Shown here: positions 25,249-32,000 of the stretch, piece after piece | Position numbering within the stretch: position 1 is the first letter of the stretch | Layout of the letters: each line of letters starts with the position of its first letter | Assembly (NCBI RefSeq): GCF_000018105.1 | Contig: NC_009925.1 | Coordinates: 1,950,001 to 1,982,000 of the forward strand | DNA length: 32,000 bases | Source: Acaryochloris marina MBIC11017 | Lineage (GTDB): Bacteria; Cyanobacteriota; Cyanobacteriia; Thermosynechococcales; Thermosynechococcaceae | Direction: 5' to 3' | Notes under the pieces: model-generated | Told to the model about the DNA's origin: nothing | Databases searched by the model: none | The model's input: the letters and a program-made list of their open reading frames with translations, nothing else | Position numbers and translations under genes: made by a program

Positions 25249-25608
25249 CTACTCAGGGTCTTCAGAATCTTGATCAAATGAGAGACTATTGCCCAACAGG
25301 CTGGTATCCAATTCCATCCGCTGTTCCATTTTGCGGAGGAAGTAACCCGTCATCATCGCGGAAGCAAGCAAGCCTGCTAGATTATCTCGATCGGTGACCA
25401 CTTGAACGCTGAAAGCTTCGCTCGGCAGGACACCCACTAGCCCTTGAACATTTTGCGAAATGATTTGCTTGATCTCGGGGCTGACGGACTTGGCAACCCT
25501 AGCCAGAACCTCTGGCGGTTGATTTTGTAAATATTTGATTAAGAGATTGGCCTGAGCCTCCTCTGAATCACTCATAATAAAGTTGGCGTTTTCGGGGTCA
25601 AAGGCCAT
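25249..25608 (-). CDS. DUF760-family protein (cyanobacteria/plastid lineage)
   Basis: LIKYLQNQPPEVLARVAKSVSPEIKQIISQNVQGLVG.LP...F.V.V.TDR.NLA.LLASAMMTGYFLR..EQRMEL matches my recollection of the DUF760 pattern. Confidence 0.75.
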   Translation of the reverse strand: MAFDPENANFIMSDSEEAQANLLIKYLQNQPPEVLARVAKSVSPEIKQIISQNVQGLVGVLPSEAFSVQVVTDRDNLAGLLASAMMTGYFLRKMEQRMELDTSLLGNSLSFDQDSEDPE

Positions 25609-25882
25609 AAAGCACCCTCAGAATCTGCTTGCATTCATTGTGTCATCTCTACCTCTAGTGTGCCCAGCTTCTCGGTGGAGAGAAGCCCGAACCTTAAGGT
25701 AATTTGATCAACACTACATCCAGAAATCAGAACTTCGTGAATGGGTGGACAAGCGTTCTGCTTCCTTGACGGTAGTATAAACGATTGTTAACTTTTTTGG
25801 CGAGATTTCAAGGCCAGATCGCTGGGTGCAAGAACTTGTAAATCACGCATCAAGCAAGATTCACGGAATTGCCTTTTTATCC

Positions 25883-27052
25883 CTAAATGGACTCCCATAA
25901 TCGAGGACGGGGCTGGCCCTGCAGGCGAGTATGGGTATCTTGGAGTAGCTGGGGAATAGCCAGCTGCTCCGGACAGCGAGGCAGACAGTCACCACAATCT
26001 GTACAGCGATTGCCCCGTCGTCCGGGAAACCAATGGCCCGCATTCTCAAACATGCGGTAGCGATAGCGGCCAAAGTCTTCCATATCGTAGGCCAGGGTCA
26101 AATTCCGTAACCGCAAAATCTCGGGAATGTTGATGTCTTCTGGGCAAGGCAGACAGGCATGGCACTGCTGACATAGGTCAGGCAGGGTCTGAGCCTGGGC
26201 TTGGAGGCGGTCGAGAATCTGCTGTTCTTGCTCCGTGAGGGGATGAATCTGATCTGCAATCGCAAGGGGCCAATCCAACTCTTCTGGCTTCGCCGCTCCT
26301 ACACTCAGGGTCGTCACTGAAGGTTGACTCAGCAAAAATCGGGCATTGAGATGAAGAGGGTCCAGGGGCTGACAAAGCTCTTTTAACCGTTCAGGAGGCG
26401 TATAAAGTAGCCCTCCTTTATCCGCAGGAGAAATGATAAAAATACCCATCCCTTTGCGACTCGCCAGCTCAACAGCGGGGGCATTGCGCTGAAAGAAAAA
26501 ATTGTAGTGCAGGTTCACAAACTCAAATAAATCCGTCTCTAACGCGGCCAAAATAAGCGCTAAAGAACCATGGGTGGAAAACCCTACATGGCGAATTTGA
26601 TTGGCGGCTTTTGCGGCCTGGACCGCCTGCATACATCCTTGGGGATCCTTGATCCATTCCAAATGCTCGGGGGTATTGAGTCCATGAATCGCCAGACAGT
26701 CAATCGTCTCTAGTCCTAGCCGTTCCAAGGATAGATCAATCGCCTGAGCCATTGTCTGGGCATCTGACTTAGGCGTAATTTTGGTCGTGAGATAGAGGCG
26801 CTTAGCCTCTCCCTGGCAGGGCTTTGGCAGATAGCAGCCCTCTTCCCTGGCCAGTCCTAACGCCTGAACCATCTGCCCTAGATAGACTTCACTTTTGCCA
26901 TAGCCTTGGGCGGTTTCAATATGATTAATGCCCAGCTCAAAAGCCCGCTTCAGGGTTGCTTCGGCATTCTGAGCCGACTGTAAGTACCGCATCGTCCCCA
27001 AAGAAAATACCGACAGATGCAGATTCGTCTGGCCGAAACGGCGATATCTCAT
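25883..27052 (-). CDS. Aldo/keto reductase fused to a C-terminal ferredoxin-like 4Fe-4S domain
   Basis: The N-terminus MRYRRFGQTNLHLSVFSLGTMR..., GINHIETAQGYG and the AKR core are present. The C-terminal Cys motifs are CQQCHACLPCP and CTDCGDCLPRCP. Confidence 0.9.
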   Translation of the reverse strand: MRYRRFGQTNLHLSVFSLGTMRYLQSAQNAEATLKRAFELGINHIETAQGYGKSEVYLGQMVQALGLAREEGCYLPKPCQGEAKRLYLTTKITPKSDAQTMAQAIDLSLERLGLETIDCLAIHGLNTPEHLEWIKDPQGCMQAVQAAKAANQIRHVGFSTHGSLALILAALETDLFEFVNLHYNFFFQRNAPAVELASRKGMGIFIISPADKGGLLYTPPERLKELCQPLDPLHLNARFLLSQPSVTTLSVGAAKPEELDWPLAIADQIHPLTEQEQQILDRLQAQAQTLPDLCQQCHACLPCPEDINIPEILRLRNLTLAYDMEDFGRYRYRMFENAGHWFPGRRGNRCTDCGDCLPRCPEQLAIPQLLQDTHTRLQGQPRPRLWESI

Positions 27053-27067
27053 GGTGAGTCGATAAAG

Positions 27068-27580
27068 TTAGCTGGATTCAGCCGAAGGCTCGCTCCCCCC
27101 TCGACTCTGAATAAAGTCTTCGGGACGGATATTGTCAATAAATTCGTGAAATTCTTCCTTTTCTGCCAGATCTGCTTCTTTATCTACGGGAATAGACGCA
27201 TCTGCCACCACTTCTTCCAATACCCATATGGGGCTATCCATTCGTAGTGCCAGTGCGATCGCATCGCTGGGACGGGCATCGACTTCCTTTTTAGAATCTC
27301 CTTGCTGGAGGGTCAGGACCGCATAAAACGTATTGTCTTGTAAGGAATGAATGACGACCCGCTCTAAATCGATGTCCCACTGATCCATACAGCTCACCAT
27401 CAGATCATGGGTCATGGGACGGGGGGTTTTTTGGCTTTCTAAGGCCGTGAGAATGGCCCTAGCTTCTGTTTGACCAATCCAAATGGGTAAAGCGCGACGT
27501 TCCGATGCATCTTTCAAAAGAACGATAGGGAGTCGGGTTGCGGCATCTAAAGCAATACCAGCAACATTCATTTCAATCAT
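27068..27580 (-). CDS. Bifunctional nuclease (BFN/DUF151) family protein
   Basis: V.GIALDA....PIVLLKD....RALPIWIG..EA.AI...LE....PRPMTHDL..........L..V.I..L.DNTFYA.L...Q is characteristic of the DNase/RNase bifunctional nuclease family. Confidence 0.85.
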   Translation of the reverse strand: MIEMNVAGIALDAATRLPIVLLKDASERRALPIWIGQTEARAILTALESQKTPRPMTHDLMVSCMDQWDIDLERVVIHSLQDNTFYAVLTLQQGDSKKEVDARPSDAIALALRMDSPIWVLEEVVADASIPVDKEADLAEKEEFHEFIDNIRPEDFIQSRGGSEPSAESS

Positions 27581-27815
27581 GCTTGTAGACCCAACGGAAC
27601 AATGGCCACGGAGGATACCTTCTCATGTAAACCCATACCATTGAGGATTCTCTACAATTTCTTTAGGGCAATTTATACTCTAAGGATCTGGCTAAGAATC
27701 TCAGAAGTATGATGGTTTGAGAATCAAGATAAGATTCCCCGCTCCGATCCTAGCCAAGGCAATCGCAATTTGCCAATGTAGGAAATACTGATGTTAATAA
27801 TGGCTTGATAAGTAA

Positions 27816-28484
27816 GTGTTTACAGGACTCATTCAAGGATTAGGCTATCTTCAACCCCAAGGCCCACAGCAAATTTTGGTAAAGTGCGGGGCTGTGCCCT
27901 TTTGGGATGATCTGGCCATCGGCGATAGTGTCGCGGTGGATGGCGTCTGTTTAACCGTCGAGACGATCATTGCTCAGGGGTTTGTCGTATCTGTTTCCCC
28001 AGAAACAGTGCAGCGCACCACCCTCTCCCAGCGGTTACATACCCACCAGGCCGTCAATTTAGAACCGGCCCTCAGCGTCGGGGATCGGTTAGGGGGCCAT
28101 TTTGTCACAGGCCATATTGACGATGTGGGGGTATTCCAAGGGTTACAGCAAACCGATACCTCTTGGGAGTTAAGCTTCGCAGTACCGGATGCGATCGCAC
28201 GCTTTATCATCCACAAAGGCAGCGTAGCCATCAACGGTGTCAGTCTGACCGTTGCCGACTGTAACGAAAGCGGCACTCACTTCAAAGTCGCCGTCATTCC
28301 TCATAGCTTTGCCAACACCAACTTGAATACCTTGAGCCCAGGCGATCAGGTCAATATCGAAAACGATGTGTTAGGCAAATATGTGGCTAAACTCCTGCAC
28401 CTGCCAGATCCCCCCTCCTCAACTGCAGCTATGCCTGACATAACAACCGAGTTCCTGACCACCCACGGCTTCGGTAGCCTGTAA
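27816..28484 (+). CDS. ribE: Riboflavin synthase (alpha chain)
   Basis: GTG start. MFTGLIQGLG is followed by two lumazine-binding repeats (GDSVAVDGVCLTV... and GSVAINGVSLTVA...), plus GGHFVTGHID and AVIPHS..NT.L. Confidence 0.9.
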   Translation: MFTGLIQGLGYLQPQGPQQILVKCGAVPFWDDLAIGDSVAVDGVCLTVETIIAQGFVVSVSPETVQRTTLSQRLHTHQAVNLEPALSVGDRLGGHFVTGHIDDVGVFQGLQQTDTSWELSFAVPDAIARFIIHKGSVAINGVSLTVADCNESGTHFKVAVIPHSFANTNLNTLSPGDQVNIENDVLGKYVAKLLHLPDPPSSTAAMPDITTEFLTTHGFGSL

Positions 28485-28707
28485 TGGTAATGGGTTTTGT
28501 CCAGCCACCCATGCTATCAGACAGCACTCAATTTATACATTTTGCCCTTACCTTGCATGGGCACAAAGGCACCATCTCCAACAGCAGGTAATCACGGCTA
28601 AGTCTGCTGCCAAGCTGGATATCGTGCGCCCCCGAACTGCCACAGTATCAACCTCGCACCCTTCTCAATTCATCCCCGCCTTTCCCACTTGTTATCAGCC
28701 ATCAAGC

Positions 28708-30207
28708 ATGAAGCATCGACCAACAAAGTTAGTGATGACGGTAGCTTTATGGCTCGGTTCACTAACCTTGATCGCAATTAGTACCCTGTCTCCATTTACG
28801 TTTAATCTGCATGACCTTAATCTCAAAGACGCCATCAGCTTAGGGATCAGGAATCCCACCAATCCCATCGATATAGTGGCGAATATCATTCTCTTTCTCC
28901 CCTTAGGGTTCAGTAGTTATGCCCTGACGCTCAGACTTCCAAGACGTAAAACCGTGCTCTGTCTAATGAGTATCGGTGTGCTCAGCACTTCAATATCCAT
29001 TCTGGTTGAAACAGCACAACTCTTTCTCCCAGGCCGATTTCCAACCTTATCCGATATCGTTTTCAATGGATTCGGCGGTTTTTTAGGGGGCTTGTTTGCG
29101 CTACAGCTATCCATTCCAAAAGACAAAAGATTTCCGACCAAACTCAACAAAACGGTTTGTCTGATCGCATTTCTGGGGTATTTTCTGTCCATCTATTTAG
29201 GACTCTTTCTATTTACCTGTCAAATCCAGATCAGTAACTGGCAAACGTCTTATCCCTTGACCATTGGAAATACAGCAACCGGGGACAATCCATGGCTAGG
29301 TAAAGTATCCAATATTCTCCTATTTGATTCAGCATTAACATCAGACAGTATTGGACACTTACTTAACTTCAAACTCGATTCAACGAGTTACAAGTCGTTA
29401 GCATTTTCCTGCCTATTAGAACCAGACATCATAGAAAGCAATTATTTAGCTTCAGAACTACACTTATGCAAAAACCCTACACCTCAAAAAAAGCTACATC
29501 CTCAGGCAGACAATGATGTCTGGTATTTAGTTGAAAGCAGTAATCTTGACTTTATCAACCGCATAAAATCCAACAAGGCTTTTACCATTGCCCTCAAAAT
29601 CAAGTCTGAATTCAATCGGGGGTTTGGCACAGTTTTAACGATTGCTGAAGATATAGACCATGTCAACTTTATCTTAGGAATTCAAGCCAATCGACTGACT
29701 AGCCGTATCCGTTTTCCACTCTCTGGAGTGTCAGGCAAAACTCCTGAATTGGTGATACATGATAAAAATCTAAACTCGATAGATCAAACTATCGTGATTG
29801 TATATGACAGCATTTCCTTTCACGTTTACCAGAACCATCTGAATCAAGAGAAACAAGCCTCGTTACTCGCCGATCTATACTTTACACAGCCTCTGTCTAA
29901 AATCTATCGAGAATGGCGACTAGAACTATTTAATATCGACTTACATAAATGGTTGTTTATTGCCTTTACTTTTACACCGGCAATCGTCTTATTCGAGCTA
30001 CTGCAAGCTACGGGAAAAATCAATTCATCTAGAGAAATATCGCAATGTGTGATTGGCCTCTCGATATTAGCTGCGCTCATATCTAGAGTCTATACAAGTA
30101 GCCTCAATATTTGGATATTTGAATGGATGGAAGTGTTAGCCATTCTCCTATTCTGCTGGTTTGGCACCAAACTTTACTTCATCACGCTAGAGAAGTATCA
30201 GCTTTAG
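28708..30207 (+). CDS. VanZ-like membrane protein with a central LamG/concanavalin-like segment and C-terminal TM helices
   Basis: VanZ motifs are ANIILFLPLGF and VETAQLFLPGRFPTLSDIVFNGFGGFLGG. The central PWLGKVSNILLFDSALTSDSI and FTIALKIKSE...TIVIVYDSISFHVYQN resemble LamG strands. I prefer ATG 28708 (MKHRPTKL..., then a TM helix) over the track's GTG 28624. Confidence 0.7.
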   Translation: MKHRPTKLVMTVALWLGSLTLIAISTLSPFTFNLHDLNLKDAISLGIRNPTNPIDIVANIILFLPLGFSSYALTLRLPRRKTVLCLMSIGVLSTSISILVETAQLFLPGRFPTLSDIVFNGFGGFLGGLFALQLSIPKDKRFPTKLNKTVCLIAFLGYFLSIYLGLFLFTCQIQISNWQTSYPLTIGNTATGDNPWLGKVSNILLFDSALTSDSIGHLLNFKLDSTSYKSLAFSCLLEPDIIESNYLASELHLCKNPTPQKKLHPQADNDVWYLVESSNLDFINRIKSNKAFTIALKIKSEFNRGFGTVLTIAEDIDHVNFILGIQANRLTSRIRFPLSGVSGKTPELVIHDKNLNSIDQTIVIVYDSISFHVYQNHLNQEKQASLLADLYFTQPLSKIYREWRLELFNIDLHKWLFIAFTFTPAIVLFELLQATGKINSSREISQCVIGLSILAALISRVYTSSLNIWIFEWMEVLAILLFCWFGTKLYFITLEKYQL

Positions 30208-30261
30208 TGAATATCTCGCCGTTTTTAGCCTAAGAGAAGATCGCTCACAACATATAGATCG

Positions 30262-30603
30262 ATGAAAACCTCAGATCGACAAAGCCATTTTTATCAACAG
30301 ATCTATCAGTTAGTACGCAAAATCCCTCCTGGCAAAGTCGCCACCTATGGCCAAATTGCGGAACTACTCGGCAGACCTCGCCATGCCCGTCAGATTGGCT
30401 ATGCCCTGTATCGAGTGGCACCGGATTCAGATATTCCCTGGCAGCGGGTCGTCAATGCCCAGGGCATGATTTCCCATTCCCCTCAACGTCAGGGGAGCGA
30501 TGACCTACAGCGCATTTTGCTGGAGCAAGAAGGCATCACCTTCAATAGCCAAGAGAAACTGGACCTGCGCCGCTATCGTTGGCAGCCGGACCTACTGGAG
30601 TGA
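30262..30603 (+). CDS. MGMT-family DNA-binding protein lacking the acceptor Cys (alkyltransferase-like, ATL/YbaZ type)
   Basis: IPPGKVATYGQIAELLG.PRHARQIGYAL is the helix-turn-helix of the O6-alkylguanine transferase fold. The active-site PCHRV motif is replaced by IPWQRVV. Confidence 0.8.
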   Translation: MKTSDRQSHFYQQIYQLVRKIPPGKVATYGQIAELLGRPRHARQIGYALYRVAPDSDIPWQRVVNAQGMISHSPQRQGSDDLQRILLEQEGITFNSQEKLDLRRYRWQPDLLE

Positions 30604-31782
30604 CCCTCTAGGGTCCAAGATATCTCGTAGGGTGTCCCCCAAGAGGTTAAAGGACAACACCGTCAAGATAATCAAAATAGCGGGGGGCCACACCAACCAG
30701 GGCTGCAAAATCAAAATGGAGGCATTGGTCGATAGGGACAGCAAATTGCCCCAGGAGGGATCAGGCTGTTCAATGCCCAGGCCAATCAGGCTTAATACCG
30801 ATTCCGCCACGATAAAACTGGGAATAGCCAGGGTAGCCGAAATAATCACGTAGGTGGCAGTTTGGGGGAGAACATGGCGGGTAATGATATACAAGGGCCT
30901 AGCTCCCATCACCTTGGCCGCTTGGATAAACTCCTGCTCCTTAATCGACAGGACCTGACCGCGAATCACCCGAGCTAGCCCTGCCCAGCCCACAAATGAG
31001 GTAATTAAGACAATTAACAAAAAGCGCTCACTACTGGACAATCCTGGTGGCAAAATAGCGGCCAGGGCCACCAGTAAATACAGGCCAGGAATGGTCATTA
31101 AGACTTCCACTAGACGCATCAAAATGCTATCCACCCAGCCACCGAAATAGCCAGAGATACCACCAACCAGCATCCCTAACGGGAGGGAAATAGCGACCCC
31201 TACTAAGCCAATACTGAGGCTAATCCGGCCGCCAAAGAGGATTCGGCTGAGTTGATCACGAGCCTGGTCATCCGTACCAAGGACGTTGAGATAGCCTGGG
31301 CCAGTGGTGCCAAACAAGTGACGGTTAAAGGCAAACCCTGGAAATACCGTGACCTGATCGATTTTGGGGTCGGACCAAGACCATTGAGTCGGTAGGGGGA
31401 GCTTTAGCTGCAAAAACTGATAGTTCCAGCCTTTGACAAACAGGCGAATGGGAGACGGTTGGGTCCGATCGACTTGTAAATCACGGATGCCGGTTTGCCA
31501 GGCTTTGGATTCCTTGTTGCGCCAGTCAATGGGTTCAAGGGTGGTGGGATAGACATGGGGGCCAATCCATTGCCCATCAGCGTTGTTCCAATAAATCTGG
31601 GTCGGCGGTAATAAAGCGCCATTGACTTGGGGCTGGCAGGCCCCAGTATTAATGGTTTCTGTATCGCAAGGAGCATAGGGGGCAACAAAGTCTGCTCCGA
31701 TCACTAACAGGTAGAAGGTAATCAGAATAGCGGCCCCAAATCGAGCCAATTTTTTCTGACGAAGCTGCTGCCACCAACTCAT
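30592..31782 (-). CDS. ABC transporter permease, oligopeptide/dipeptide (OppC/DppC-like) with an enlarged first periplasmic loop
   Basis: N-terminal OppC-type TM helix, then the EAA-loop region VLSIKEQEFIQAAKVMGARPLYIITRHVLPQ, and the C-terminus LLGDTLRDILDPR. The 3' end overlaps the ATL gene by 12 nt (convergent). Confidence 0.9.
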   Translation of the reverse strand: MSWWQQLRQKKLARFGAAILITFYLLVIGADFVAPYAPCDTETINTGACQPQVNGALLPPTQIYWNNADGQWIGPHVYPTTLEPIDWRNKESKAWQTGIRDLQVDRTQPSPIRLFVKGWNYQFLQLKLPLPTQWSWSDPKIDQVTVFPGFAFNRHLFGTTGPGYLNVLGTDDQARDQLSRILFGGRISLSIGLVGVAISLPLGMLVGGISGYFGGWVDSILMRLVEVLMTIPGLYLLVALAAILPPGLSSSERFLLIVLITSFVGWAGLARVIRGQVLSIKEQEFIQAAKVMGARPLYIITRHVLPQTATYVIISATLAIPSFIVAESVLSLIGLGIEQPDPSWGNLLSLSTNASILILQPWLVWPPAILIILTVLSFNLLGDTLRDILDPRGSLQ

Positions 31783-32000
31783 AATGTCTCGTCCTGGGTG
31801 CTGAAGACTTCCACATTGTAGGTCCTGGCATGATTAAACCATGCCAAGCAAGGGGGCACAGACGAGGTTGACCCCATGTTGTGACACAACTTGGCAAATT
31901 TCAGAGTTAGTAATGGAAGGGGATCGTCAACAAAGGGGCAGCAGTAACCAATAAGCCGCTCCAGGTCCAGGGATAGGAAGGAGGAGCCGTTCCCCTGGGG

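Noticed and set aside
31783-32000. Minus-strand coding potential at the right edge. One frame stays open from the window end to a TGA that overlaps the permease ATG (ATGA at ~31779-31782). Another frame ends ...PSYPWTWSGLLVTAAPLLTIPFHY* at 31907-31909.
   Set aside because: Neither translation resembles the expected OppB-type permease C-terminus or any family I recognise. With about 70 or fewer codons visible, I cannot decide which frame, if either, is real. It needs the sequence beyond the window.
1-32000. Search for CRISPR arrays, tRNA/rRNA genes, transposases, integrases or phage genes
   Set aside because: No regularly spaced direct repeats, cloverleaf-like conserved tRNA segments or recombinase/transposase motifs were seen in any frame. 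The low-GC islets therefore lack an identifiable mobility gene within this window.

Overview
This is a cyanobacterial chromosomal segment. The evidence is at least 9 perfect HIP1 octamers (GCGATCGC) plus lineage-typical genes: btpA, ferrochelatase with a C-terminal CAB/Hlip helix, DUF760, a DUF3747-like protein and a PetC3-like small Rieske protein. About 30 genes are tightly packed. Most are housekeeping: thiE-thiS, hemH, folK, ribE, btpA, a Nudix hydrolase, an aldo/keto reductase, a bifunctional nuclease and an ABC permease. No rRNA, tRNA, CRISPR array, transposase or integrase was recognised.

Three regions stand out:
1. A visibly A/T-richer islet at about 17.9-21.25 kb. It encodes an 842-aa LRR-Roc-COR-TIR (ROCO-type GTPase plus TIR) protein followed by a small 3-TM protein. 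This is my best candidate for an undescribed NLR-like conflict or defence system. Its LRR block contains three almost identical 69-bp tandem units.
2. A divergent redox and two-component cluster at 4.8-11.3 kb. One arm holds a Rieske protein and a REC-REC-pseudokinase regulator. The other holds a di-haem cytochrome c peroxidase translationally coupled (TAATG) to a hybrid histidine kinase.
3. An SRPBCC / sigma-less ChrR-like cupin anti-sigma / histidine kinase trio at 11.6-14.5 kb.

A nested GC-rich palindromic element (17.11-17.23 kb), an orphan radical SAM enzyme, an alkyltransferase-like (Cys-less MGMT) protein and a low-GC VanZ-LamG-like membrane protein are also noted. All family assignments come from motif reading of the translations, not from database searches.
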